Shown one piece after another: positions 1 to 12,844 of a stretch of 64,000 nucleotides of DNA. This DNA is from Polymyxa betae A26-41. Lineage: Eukaryota; Protista; Endomyxa: Phytomyxea. The stretch spans positions 1 to 64,000 of the forward strand of contig RBZT01000846.1 of assembly GCA_003693705.1 (NCBI GenBank), read 5' to 3'. The position numbers and the translations under genes were made by a program. The first letter of the stretch is position 1. Every line of letters begins with the position of its first letter. Under the pieces are notes generated by a model. The model was not told where the DNA came from. It did not search any database and saw only the letters and a program-made list of their open reading frames with translations.

Positions 1-543
1 ATGCCCATTTGATATAAATATTTGCTTTGTTTACATAATCGGCCCTTTGCTTAGGAAAGCGCAGCCTTTGCCAGTCGCTCCTTGGGGTCGTTCGTCTGTC
101 CTATAATAAGCCTAGCAACCCTGGAGCTCAAATTCAAGGGCATCAGGGACGCTACCGCGAGCATGTGGCGAGCAAAGCTTTCCACAGGCAGGCATCTGGT
201 CCAGTCGTGGGTTCTGGTTGTCGTGGCCGGCTTCATTGTTCTCGATTTACTGATTGTGGCGTTCTGTGAAGAAATATTCATGTTTGTTATCTGTCGATAT
301 AATAAACAAACGGGATGTCTTCCTGCTCGTAACCGGTGACTATCATATGCTCATCAGCTGCTCTAATCAGTCAGCGATTGTAACTGCTTATCACGAGAGC
401 AGCATCATCGACACGCCTCTGAAAAGCATTTTCAGTCTGTGAGGTTTTGCGCGCGCTGTTTGAAATGTATCGTGAGGGACTCCGGCAGGCTGCTCCGCAG
501 TGGTTCTATCTGTCGTTTGAGGCGAGCTCTGCCTTCCACCGTG

Positions 544-3500
544 ATGGTGGATCATCAGCATCTAGCTCTAGAGCATTTCGCTCAGGTCCCTCATATTGAT
601 TTCGGCAAAATCCACGTCGGTGCCGAGTTCGCGTTGTCATATCTTCTCCGAGCTAATCTTATGGATACAGCCTGGAACGACCGCCACCGCGATCCTAACG
701 CTGCATAATCCCACGAATCAAGTCCAGCATGTGGATATTGATCCTGTCTTAGAACCGACATTGACTTTAAGTCCTATGCAGGTACCGAATTATTTTTCTG
801 ATCTGATTCTTTTTGTCAAACTTGGTTAGCTGGAGCTGTCGCCAGAATCGAAGCAGGATGTTTGTTTAACATGGACTCCAGTAGAAGGCTCACCAACCGG
901 TAAAAATCATCGTGTTGCCATTACCATTCGTATGGAAGGGCGAAAACGATTTAAAGCAGTTATGACCGGGGTCTCTGTAATTAAATCTGGTCGATCCAAC
1001 AGAAAAAAACCTAATAGATCAGAATCGACCTTCGAATTTACCGAAATCGATGAAAATATCATCAGGAATGGACCGACATCGATCGCCTGGAAGGCCGAAT
1101 TTAAGAAATCTTCTTTTGCGGCAAAGATCCCTGCAGAAGGCTCTTCGAAAAAGCGATCTGAGAATACTATGCCAATTATCTCTCCCTCAAAAATCGCCCC
1201 ATATTTTGCCAAAATTAAAGCGGATTCTCAAAATGGCATCGAAATTGACATCGATGAGAAAGTTATCGAAAAGAATCAGGACATTGATGTTATTATTGAT
1301 GACGTTAAAACCAAAAAAGGCGGCGTTGCTTTTGATGCTGATTTCACAATCAAGCTGCCGAAAGCGAAACCAAATAAATCAAAGCTGCTTCGTGCTGAAG
1401 CAAATCCATTAAAGTCTGTCGATATCAAGCCGATTGTTCGCAAAGGGTCTTTGGTCTCTTTGGCCGACCATGCAGCTAAAAGAAAGGCGTTGATTGATAT
1501 CTCCCGCTGTGTGCTTACGCCTGCGAAGAAAAAGGTACAATATTGCATGATTGATGATTCTGGTCTGAATATGGTACCAGCTCAAGGCGCCCGCATATTC
1601 TTATCGAGAAGGACAGTTTTATGATGAGAATTGGGCTTCGAAACGGGAATTTGCGTTTAAGATCTGGTTAAACCTTCTCTTCAAAGAAAAGGAAACTCCT
1701 CAAGCGTTCATCATCGGTACTTTCTTCATGTAATTCGCGTGATCTTTGTGAGAGCTGACTTCATCTGAAGATCGCAATGTTTCTTCTTTTCAAAGCATCG
1801 AAGAGCTGCGGGCCCATACTCAAATTCTCCAGAAAGCGTTTTCCTGTTATCATTCGAAACCGGTTCAGAGCATCGTGTGCGCTATTGAGCAGGTAAAGAA
1901 GAAATCTCGGCATCGCTCTCCACATCTGAATCTGTGATAGGCCATATGTTCAGGTCAAATGCGAATTCGGGATGATATCAATATGTTGAATGATGTCGGG
2001 CTGCGTGACCGATTTGTTGATCTGATGCACTCGTTCAATAGCGCTTGGCTTAAGTTAGGTTTAGAAACTGGTGCGATTGATGGTTGCAATTTGGGCCTTG
2101 TTCTGACAGTTGACTTCAGTGTTCGGTGAAATGCTACCCGCCTCCGCATGTCTTCGAAATTTCATCCAATCTCGATTGCTTTCCAATGACGAATTAGATA
2201 ATGAGCACACGTATAGAAATACTTCTTCATCTTGATCTTCGAGGATAATGATGTTCTTGTTAGGTATCTAAAAACCCCTCAAGGGCAAGCATTCTTTGAC
2301 GATAAACACAAATCTGCCATGCAATGTTTTGTGCTGAAGAAGGTTATGCAGCTTGTTATATTTTTGGACATCGCAAAATCACAAAGTACAGTATTGAAGT
2401 TATTGGGCCAATCATAACCGTGATCGCAACAGGCTTGTTTCCTCTCAGTCCTTGCTTATTTTCTGTTGGGGAATCCATCAAGTCGACAAGATCCTTGTTA
2501 ATCGAGTTTGCATCCAGCTTTATGGCAGCCCAGGGCGATGTTGTCAAGTTGATTTCTCAAATCTCGGATTACGAGTGTGCCGCTGTCCAGGTTGAGAACT
2601 TCCTGCTCACTGCTGCTTTGAGTTGTTTTAACCGTGCTGTAGACGCCTCTGGATGAGTTCAATTATCAAATAACAGATCTGGTTGGTGACCTGAAAGATG
2701 GAGTTCGCTTATGTGCGTTATCTGAAGAACCTGGACTAGAAAGACAGGTATTTCGCATTTTTGAATCTGCATTGAGCCATAACCTGTGTTCGTATCAGAT
2801 ATTACTGCCAGCTATTAACAAATCTCGCAAGAAGCATAATGTTTCTTTGGCATTGCAAGCGTTTGCTAGGCTCGGTGTTCCGATTGCTCAGGTATGCTGT
2901 TTTCTGAGCTGATCTCAGCTAACATTTTCCGATTTAGAGTTCTGCCGACGAAATCATTGACGGTAACCATAAGCGTGTGCTGATGCTGTTGTGGAATATT
3001 GTATCGCACTTAACGATTCCATCTTTAATCGACAATGCTACTGTATTCAATGAAATTCGTCTGATTCGTCGACAAACCAAGTTTTTGAACAAAGACCATT
3101 TGACCTGCAATTTGTATGCAGACAATATTCGCCTTCAGGTTGATGGCCGATGTATCGCTCTTCAGACTACTCTCAGCTTAACCCTTTTTCAGCTTTTGCT
3201 GAGATGGTGTCAAGAAATTTGCCTTACTTATGAGATCGTCATCATAAATTTCACGTCATCATTTTCCGATGGGCGTGGGTTTGCTGCTATCATCAACTAT
3301 TACTATCCACAGCTGATCAAGGAATCGGATATTAGAAAGACCACCAGAACTCTTCAAGACCAATTGAAAAAGGTGAGCACATTTTATTGTCGAATCGGTG
3401 ATCTGACTCACGATTTAGAAGAAGGGCGATATCTGTGGTATGGATGAGATGTCTGGAGCTGCCTGGATCCAATTTTTGCATCTTCAGGCTTCTCACGATG

Positions 3501-6500
3501 AAGTTTGCATGATGTCGCTTTTTAAATGTCATATCGGCTGACGGTCTGCAGGTGAATGAGGCTTTGGAAGGCGAGAGGCACAATTGGAGGCTAATTGCCC
3601 ATGCTGTTCGGAAATTGGGAGCTGTCCCGTTTGTATTTTCTGATCCAGGTTGGTCTATGGTTTCTTTTCGTTACAATTTATACTGGACATCTGTTGATGT
3701 CTTATATAGGTCGGAACATAAAGCAATCGATTGTCTTGGACGAAAATACGGTCATACTGTTCATGTCGTATCTGTGTTCCAGACTCCTCACTCTAAGCAA
3801 AGAGTCGCATGCGGCACGTACTGTTCAGAAACAATGGCGCGAAATTCAATACCGTAAAAGGTCGGATTGGCGAATTCACGATCATTATCAACGTGCTTAA
3901 TTTTGCTAGAGTACTTTTGATTCCGACGACAGTTCAGAAGCTTTCTGATCCGCTGTTGTCGTGCTATCATGTTAGTATTCCCAAATTGCATATTTTTCTC
4001 CACTTAAATGTGTGGTAGTATCTTCGCTCTCAGAGATTTCTTTCAAGGATCCGCGCTGCTCAGTGTGTGATTGCTGCCTATCTTCATCAGAAGGAAATCA
4101 AAAAACAATGGCATGCATCCTGGACTATACAACGTTGTTGGCGAGAAACCCTTTCGCGCAGGAGGTTAGAGTCGATGATTCCTTTTTCGATTCAACTGAC
4201 TGTTCTCAGGCTTGCATTAATTCGAGCCTCTGTAGACGTAATTTACGGTCCACTGTTAATGTGTGTCTACGTTAGTGAGCCATTCTTTCCTGTATCTCCT
4301 CTCATTCCGATTTAGCATCGCGCCGCTGCAAGTTATTTTTCGCGGGTTTCTGTCTTGCAAGGCACCTTTAGGACGTTTCTGATGAAGCAGAAAATCCAGA
4401 GGATTCAATCTGCAGCTGTCGTTATTGCCGTGAATTTCAGTATGCCGATGATTTTCTCGCATGCTTCTCCTTAAATCGGTTCAGAGCGTTACCAACAATG
4501 TCGTGCTGCTTGCAAACTACAAAGACAATGGCTTAAATACAGGCAACAGAAACTGTGTGGTCTCAATTTTTTTGAATTCGCTTGCTGAGATATTCCAGGC
4601 GACGGCAAATTCGGTCAGCAATTGATGTACTCTCTGGTCCCTTACTGTCGGTCTACCAGGTACAACAAACTGTCGAAGAGCTTTCTTGACTCAGCGCCTC
4701 TACAGTTTCGAAAGTGTGTCGATTTTCTCTCAAGGTTGCAAATGATTCAAGGAACCTGTCTGGCTTATCAGGAGTCAGAAAAGATGTTGCGGCTTCGACG
4801 GTCAACCAATATTATCGCTCCGCAACTTCGTATGTCATTGCACCTGTCCAAACCGTTCCTAAAGTTTGTCAGGTTGGTACTTGCAGTGGCATGCTGCTTC
4901 TGCTTTGCAGAGGCTTTGGCGTGAGATGAAACGACGCCAGAGGTTCGTTAGTTGAATCTCTCTGTTGTCACTTGCTGAGCTTTTCCGTAGATCACGAATG
5001 ACGCGTGAATCTGTTGCCGCTCTGTCAGGCCCAATAGAGTCTTGCTTCCTTGTGAGCCGGCACCATGCTTGGTCTTGTCCGTTCTTTGTTAAGCTCCACC
5101 ATAGTATTACAAGACTCAGCGCTACCTGTTGGCAATATCCTCCATACAAAATGCTGCCAGAGCCTTCCTGGAACGGCAAAGTTTTGAGCAAACCAAATTT
5201 GCGGCATCTGTTTTAGAACTGCACCTCCGTATGATTCTCTGCTGAAATCATCCAAAACGCTCATTAGTCCCACATAGATCGGTACAAGAGGTTTTGTGCA
5301 GCTGTTACTATCCAGAAGTATTGGCGTTCTGTTACACGCCGAAAATGGTCAGCGCTAATGTTAGCGTGCGTCATGAAATCTCTAAACATCGTATAGGTTT
5401 GTTTCAATTCGCGCTTCGGTAACCATACTTTCTGCATCTCTATCATCCTATTATCATGTCTGTTGTTTTTGATTTTCTAACATTTTTGTTGAACGTAATT
5501 TAGGATGCCGCTTCCAGCAAATACCTCGTCATGGTATATGGTGCTCAATGTGCCACTCACACGTACGTTCAGAAGCAGAGGCATCTTCAATTGCGTCTTG
5601 CTTCTAAAGTCATTTCAACCCATCTCCGTATTCATTGGCACTCCTTTTTGTCTGCTTATCATTGATGTGTCAATTATAGGCCTATATCAAGAATGGAAGG
5701 CAGCGTGCTTTCTGCAAAGACGTTGGCGCCTATTCTGGCAGCGTAAAAGGTCAATTCGCTGTAATTAAAACCTTGCTTGTCTCAAACTATGTAGGGAGTT
5801 GGCCGTCAGTGCAGCAAACACTGTCCTATCAAGTGCTTTGCTCTCATATCACACTGTTTGTTAATCCTGCTTAATGTGTTTGTCATTGCTGAGTTCAGCT
5901 TAGCATACTGTTGTTTCTCGGCGTCTTTTCAAGATTTCTGTTCTGCAAGGAGCTGTCGCTGCATTTTGCAAGCATGATGATTTCTTGAGACTACAGCACG
6001 CAACGGACATCGTTGGGACTCATCTTCGTATATCACAGGAATCACTTTTGATGTTTGCCACTTGCTGAATGTATTTCTTAGGAGTTTGTATCGAATGGCG
6101 TTCGGCTGTAAATTTACAAAAACATTGGCGTGGGTTTAGGGCTCGCCGAAGGTGGCATACCGAATTGTCTCTTGCTCGCTGTCTAAGTTGTTTTCAGAAT
6201 GAGACTTGTTCGTTCAGCGGTATCCACGCTTGCTGACCCGCTGCTATCGCTCTCTCATGTCTCTGTGAATCTTGTAATGTTTTTCAATTTCTGATATGGC
6301 TTGCAGTACTATCAAGCTTCGAAGTATGTTGCCATGGTTAATACCCTTCAGGCTGCTATCGAAACTTTTTCGCTGCATCAAAGATTCCATCAGTGTCAAT
6401 ACGCTGCCAGAGTTATCATTAACCATTTTCGTACGTCTTGCTGGATTGTTTCTTCCGTTGATTCTTATCGTGACTTAAGACCATTATCAAGCATGGAAGG

Positions 6501-8775
6501 CTGCCTGCTGTTTACAACGACATTGGCGCGAATCTAAGCATCGCAAGAGGTTCATGCTGTCAGTGATTTCTGTTGGAATGCTAAGTTCTGATAATAGGCA
6601 ACGACTGGTCTTGTTGACAACTGCTGTGCTGTATGGCCCTATGCTTTCGTGTTATTCTGTCAGTAATGCAATACTTTATATTCTCTATGCTGAGCCTGCT
6701 TAGCATTCTGTTTATAAGAAACGTATGTTCAACGTGCACGTTCTTCAAACTGCTGCGAAGACTTGCCTATCGCAAACAAACATGCAAAGCCTTCAGCATG
6801 CAGCAGGTTTGCTCGGAACCCAGATCCGTAAGTTAGTTTGTGTTGATGCATTGTTTTTGTTCAACTCGTGAAGGCCTATATATTGACCACCGTGCGGCCG
6901 TATGTTTGCAGAAGCACTGGCGTAGCTTCACAGTTCGCAGAAGGTAAGGCTGTTGACAGTATCGTGGATTCGTTGTCTCAACTTCATTAGGATGCGTCTG
7001 ACCCGTGAAGCCTTTGTAACCCTTTATAATCCACTTTTATCACTTTCTTATGTATGCATCTTGAAATATGATTTCATTCTGCCTAACATGGGTTCAGTAT
7101 CGCAACTTCAACAATTATATGCGAAGTGTCAATACGATTCAAACTGCTGCCAAAACCTATATGCACAGCGAACGGGCGGAGCAGGTCCGATACGCATCGG
7201 CTGTAATTATTTTGCATTTTGGTATATGCAGCAAGATGTTTCTCTTCGTTGATTAATCACATTACAGGCCGTTATATGGCGTGGAAAGCGGCATGTACCT
7301 TACAAAAGCACTGGCGAGAGAACCGAAGACGAAGGCGGTAAGTATCCCGAGCCCCTCCCTCTGACTATCTCAGTTTTGACAATCAGGCTACGATTACTTC
7401 AAGCAGCGTCCAGTACGCTTTCTGGTGCATTGCTTTCTGTTCATCATGTATGTACAATACTTTGCCTATATTTTACTTACGATTACAATTAGTACGCTAT
7501 CTGTGAAACACGTTTGCTGAGGATTCGCACCCTTCAATCTGCCCTGATGACGTCTCTACAACTGCAAGATATCCAACGGCATCGTGAAGCCCAGCTGCGG
7601 AATGCAATTACTTGCATTCAAAGTGCTGTCTCCGTTGCTACGTCTTTTAAAATGTCATCTCGGTTACTACAGTCGCGTCAGTTCCATTCCTGTATCAAGA
7701 TCCAACGCTCTGTCCGTCATTTCCTTAATTACCGTCGTTACTCTCGAGAGCAACTGAGAATTCGCTCGATCCATACTGCGTCAGCTGCACTACACTGTAC
7801 GCGTTCCGAGCGAATGTTTTGTTCGGTTAACTGAGGCTGTTTCTAGACATCATAGCTGTACGATCTGCTTGTCGCTTTAGATATTTGGTCCTCAGAATCC
7901 AGTCTCTATGGCGCGGTCGTAGACAACGCTTGAAAGCTTCTACGAAAGTTCGCCGTGCTAGGGAAAGGATTGTCGACGCTTCTTCGCGTTGGGCGCCAGA
8001 ATTAACAATAGGATATCGGTTGAAGCAAGCCCTTGATGTGCTTTTAAGGTTTGTTGATGCTCCTACAGCTCGGACTTATCTGACATTATGACTTAGTGGA
8101 AGTAAACTGTCCGAATTAACGCAAGCCTGTCGAATGCTAGATCACGTAACCAGGACGCTGCCTGGATGTTCTGTTGATGCTGTGGAACATAACGCGTAAT
8201 AATTTGTCACTAATTTCCCTTACTGAATTCTAATATCGCGCTTCCAGGGTTCCCGTTCTTTATGCTCTCATGAGGTAGTTGGTTTAGCCACTTCTCATCG
8301 CGTACTTTGCGCTGATTGTTGATTCACAGGGGTCTGAACAGAAGCAAGCCGCACATCGAGTTGCTGGGATACGCTGTTAGTATTCTAGGTATAATGATTT
8401 TGTGTTTCGTTTCATTCCATTCAACTAAGGGTCTATGCAGCGACGTTGTCTCAAAACCAAATGGTCTCTCAGCATGTATTCGATGATGAATCCTGTCTCG
8501 ATGTTATGCTCGAGTTTCTTCAAACTCAGCGAGAAAATCCAGATCTGTTCATTAAGGTTGCCACGCTTCTTACTAGCGGCTGTCAGAATCTGGCATTTGC
8601 GACTGAACTGCGAGCGTCTGCCAAGCGAATATCGTCAATTCATGCGCTGCTTTCTCGAAAACTAGATATGAACGTTCGTTATCAGCAACCAGGATCTGCA
8701 GCTCACTCCAAGCAAACTGCTTTACTAACACGCTCTGTTAAAGCTTTAGAGGTGTTGCAGCAGCGAATTCGTTAA
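544..8775 (+). CDS. ASPM: Abnormal spindle (ASPM/Asp) homolog, multi-exon: ASH domain, CH domains, IQ repeat array, C-terminal ARM-like domain
   Basis: N-terminal ASH-like exons (IDFGKIHV..ILTLHNPT..VCLTWTP); CH motifs DLKDGVRLC, IIDGNHKRVLMLLWNI and NFTSSFSDGRGFAAIINYYYP; many LQxxWR IQ motifs; RGLNRSKPHIELL C-terminal motif; stop TAA at 8773-8775. Confidence 0.9.
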
Positions 8776-9399
8776 CAGGTATTGTTTAATAGATACAGAA
8801 TAAATTTCTCATTTGCTGTGCAAATGTACCAACTGCATAATTTCATTGCTAAAACAAGAATAACAGTCAGGAAGAGCCAGCTGTGAGCCAGTTGTCTTCC
8901 AAATAGCTCACAATATGCAACGATGTCCAGATGGGAAATGTGTCCTTGCCAAGAGTCGTGCATGAAGACTGGCGAAGCGTCAATCTGTAAACTGTACAGC
9001 AGTAGAAACAGGACTGCGGATACTGCAATAAACAACAAACGTAGACTGTTATGCATTGGCTACACAGGTAAAGTCTCGCTTAAACTTTAAAAACGGTTCA
9101 AGCCATCAGAAACAAGCAGAGTTAATAGAAGGTTGCCGGAAACAGAGTAAAGCTGTTTTAAACATAGCCGGGCGCGTAACCGTATAACATCCAATTCTTG
9201 AAGGCAGAGATACCTGCGGCACGAAAAAATATCACAGCGAACTTCACCAAGAGCACCCGTAGAGAACCGAAAAAAAGGACGTCACTCGGCAAACAACAAC
9301 AACAAAACCCAGAACATTTTCAGAGCGCTTGCAGGACTCCCAATCCGGATCTGTGGTTCAAATTCATCCGTTCGAGACGGATGGACATCGCGGTTCATG
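8772..9399 (-). CDS. Hypothetical small multi-exon membrane protein (gene structure uncertain)
   Basis: Hydrophobic minus-strand ORF pieces (VLLVKFAVIFF; LLFIAVSAVLFLLLY) can be joined through GT-AG introns; no family recognised. Confidence 0.3.
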
Positions 9400-9434
9400 A
9401 GTTTGTCCCAGCGCTGATCTGGCCGTTCTGAACC

Positions 9435-12134
9435 ATGATGTATCAGAGACTGGTGGATGAGGCCGGCGAGTTCGAGACCGGGCGACGGCCAACCCCATCG
9501 GCACAAGCCATCGACGTCAAAGATTCGCCCGGCTACCAGACGACGTTCCTGCGCTTGATTCGCGACAATCAGCCCCAGAAGGTGACCGACCTAATCAGCA
9601 AGGTGCCGGGCGCCGATTGGAATTTCGTCTATGAGAACATCGGCCTATCGCCGTTCAGCTGCTTGGTCAGCCCCGATCATTCCAATCTCGATCAGGAATC
9701 GATCGTCTCTATCATCGATGCTCGTAAGATTGAGCTGTGTCATTTGGACTTACAGTAGAGAAGGATTAGTGCGCAATTACGCACTTATGTTGGCAAATTA
9801 TCTTTTTTTAAACCCTTTTAATGAAGTGCGATTGCGCGCCATCACGCACCTTTTGTTAACCAATTTTTTTTCACTGTCACGCACTTTCAGAATCTATTGG
9901 CAATCCCACGCTTTTTTCAAATCTCATTTGCTTATGCAGTCGTCATTAACAATGATTGATAGTGGTGAACGTCGGCGCATCGATATCGTTCGGTAATAGA
10001 GAATCGCTTCCGGCCTGCCAGCATCACGCCGCGTTCATCGCGGCCTCGTTCGGCCAGGACCTGGTCATCCGGCATCTGCTCGACCTGGGTTATCCGATCG
10101 ATCAGGAGTCATCTCCCACCGATAATTCCAGCAGCTATTTCGCCACCCTGCTGCATGCTGCAGCTAGCTGCCATTCAATCGCTACTATGGGTACTAATTT
10201 TTGAATAACAATATGTCTTTTGTTAAAAATTTCCCTACAAAAATTTGTAAACTTTTTTCATTTTATTTCTTGGTGCAAAATCATCTGATAAACCGATTCG
10301 TTGCAGATCTTCTTATTCGAAACGGCATCCGATGCAGCACGACCGACCAATTGGGTCGTACTGCCCTGCATCTTACGCTAGATGTGGCACCCGACCTGGA
10401 CACCTGTATGTTCTTGCAGCACCGCGCTCGTCTCGATCCGTTCCAGCCCGACCTGTCTGGCAACACGCCGTTCGCGATGTCGATCACGGTCCTGCCCGAT
10501 TACACGGCCTCGATCCTGCAAGAACGCAGCCGCAAGCACAAACAGCTGCGTGATGGTGCCATCTGGAAGTACGACTTCCGCAAGGTCATCATTGACGAGC
10601 GCGGTCAGGCTGTCGAGTTCGCCGATTATCAGCCAAGCAGTGGCGGCGACGACCTCAGCGAGCCCTCGACGCCGCTCTATCAATACCATCCGCAGCCAAT
10701 CCGCTACTCGGCCGTTGAGCTGATGATTGAACACGGACAGAAACAGCTTCTCGTCCTTCCCATCATGAAGGTCGGCGTCCGATAGCCCGGACGTGACCCC
10801 AATCTGAATACGGTTTAGATGGTGCTGAACGAGGCCTGGGTTCAGTTTGCCCGCACTCTCTGGCGCCGCCAACTGCTCGAATACATCCTGTTCTTGACGC
10901 TGTTTATGACGTTATCGCATCTCTGGCCGAACGTCGATTATGTTCATTCCGAGATGCGGATGCCGAGCTACCTCTATCCGCTTGCGGCCATCGGTTCGTC
11001 GCGAAGTTCTCGTGGACGTCGTCGCTGATTATGCGGTGTAGTAACGGTGTTGGCGCTGCGGTTGATGATCAAACAATTTCGAAAGGTCTGGTACGGCGGA
11101 TGGAGACTCTGGGCCGCCTCCGGATGGAACGTCGTCGATCTCGTCATTGACATGGTCGCGGTCGGCATCGTTGGCTGTCAGATGGTGGCCCTGTTCGGAT
11201 ACCGGTCGTTCTGGTATGCGAGAAGGCGTTAAAACCCTGATTGATGAGTTGAGTGGTGCCTGCAGGGGTCCGAATTGGGTCAACCTGACCGCCGTCTGGC
11301 ATATCGTTCTGGGACTGAAACTGCTCCGGTTCGCTTGCATTCCCAAGGAGACCGGCGCCATGGTCGCCATGATGTCGAGTCTGCTCAAAGAGATTCTGTA
11401 AACCCCCATTGGTTCTCTGTTTTCAACTTGTTTGAAATTCTGTCAGGCGGTTCATGGTGTTCTTCCTGACCTTCTTCCTACCGTTTGCCAGCGCCTATTA
11501 TCTACTGTTCAAGGAAGGTTATAAGATCGGGTTCCGCATGGTCATGGTGACTCTGGCCAGATGGCTCTTCGGAGGTCGGTCTCGTATTCGATGTTGCTAC
11601 CGTCTTACCCATTGCCGTCTAGATATCGAGTTCGGGATTTTCAGCGACCATCTTCCCAGCGGTAATGTTTCGACCGGCCAGATCCTGCATATCTTCTACA
11701 TGGTTATTGTCGGGATCGCATTGCTCAACATCCTCGTAAAGTCTCATTGGCTCTCCGCATCCAGCTAGTCTAAATCAAATTGTCAGATCGCCTTGATTTC
11801 CAATACGTTCAACGCGGTCATTGAGAACGCCGAAGGCGAATGGATTCTGGTCTTCGCCAAAGAGGTCGTTGAGATCATGGAGACGTCGTGTACGCGACGT
11901 CAGATCGACTCGTACCATCAGGCTCTGCTGGACAAGAGCGGCCATCCGCTGTTCTATGAGATAACTGGCACAGCTGAGGCGAACTGGGTCAGCATCCTTC
12001 GAGAACGCATGTTGCATCTGAACAAGCAGCAACGCTCTTTGGCTCACAAGATGAGCGATATTCACGAGACGTTGCACCGCCTGAAATCTGAAACCAGCAG
12101 CGTCGATTCAAAACGCGCGTCAAGCGATCTTTAA
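9435..12134 (+). CDS. Ankyrin-repeat TRP-family cation channel (TRPA/TRPV-like), multi-exon
   Basis: Ankyrin motifs (HAAFIAASFGQ, TLLHAAAS, GRTALHLT, GNTPF); TM region with GWNVVDL, LLRFACIPKETGAMVAMM, FMVFFLTF and LLNILIALISNTFNAV; TRP-box-like EGEWILVFAK; C-terminal coiled coil. Confidence 0.85.
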
Positions 12135-12273
12135 ATAGATCGTAATCGTTTTCATGCTATGCCGAATCAACTAAAGATTTTACAGCATTATGATCCACCT
12201 CGGCTGCTATTTCTACTCAGAATAGTTTTACGACAAACAGTGAGTCTCAAGGGTGCCAAATTATAGCCGTCTG

Positions 12274-12311
12274 GTAATTTTTCAATGTCAAAGTAATTTT
12301 TTAATGTCAAA
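12274..12311. repeat. Two tandem 19-nt units, GTAATTTTTYAATGTCAAA
   Basis: 12274-12292 and 12293-12311 differ at one base. Confidence 0.85.
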
Positions 12312-12453
12312 GATCAGCCAAAATAGCCGCCGGCTTAAATCTTAAACGGATTTTTTCGCAGAAAAATAGCAGCATTTTGGCTTTCGAGTGAATCAAATTT
12401 GTTGTTTTGATAGAAATTTCATTTATGTCACGATGAAATGATATACGCGGCTG

Positions 12454-12621
12454 TTAGTGCAATATTGGATCTTTGATACATTTCTGAGCGCGAATCGAAT
12501 ACGAATAGCCATCGGGACAGGGCTGATCGCCCGGCATTGATGCGGAAATCGAGTTCGGCAACCATACGACCGCGAACAGCAACATCACGAGCATAAGCAA
12601 ACCCCTTCCAGACGAGAGCAT
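12454..12621 (-). CDS. 55-aa secreted cysteine-containing peptide, below the ORF-track size cutoff
   Basis: Intronless ATG-to-TAA ORF MLSSGRGLLMLVMLLFAVVWLPNSISA-SMPGDQPCPDGYSYSIRAQKCIKDPILH, with a clear signal peptide and a CPxG-x9-C motif. Confidence 0.7.
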   Translation of the reverse strand: MLSSGRGLLMLVMLLFAVVWLPNSISASMPGDQPCPDGYSYSIRAQKCIKDPILH

Positions 12622-12844
12622 TGCTGCCGATCAGACGTTCGGCGAATCAGATATTTTCTCAATGCATTGCTCCATGCTGCAAAGATCTTTTTCGAATTTG
12701 GCTGGAACAAATTACGCACTTATATTTCGTTGAGTTTTGTCGTAAAACCGATCGCACCTTTTGTTCAATATTCGCACTTTTTTAAATTGAGGAGATTTCG
12801 CTCTCGCCCAAACTGTGTTCGAATCTCACTTTCGAAATTTCGAA

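Noticed and set aside
1-442. Short ORFs on both strands upstream of ASPM
   Set aside because: No recognisable motif or convincing exon chain; I cannot choose a strand or frame.
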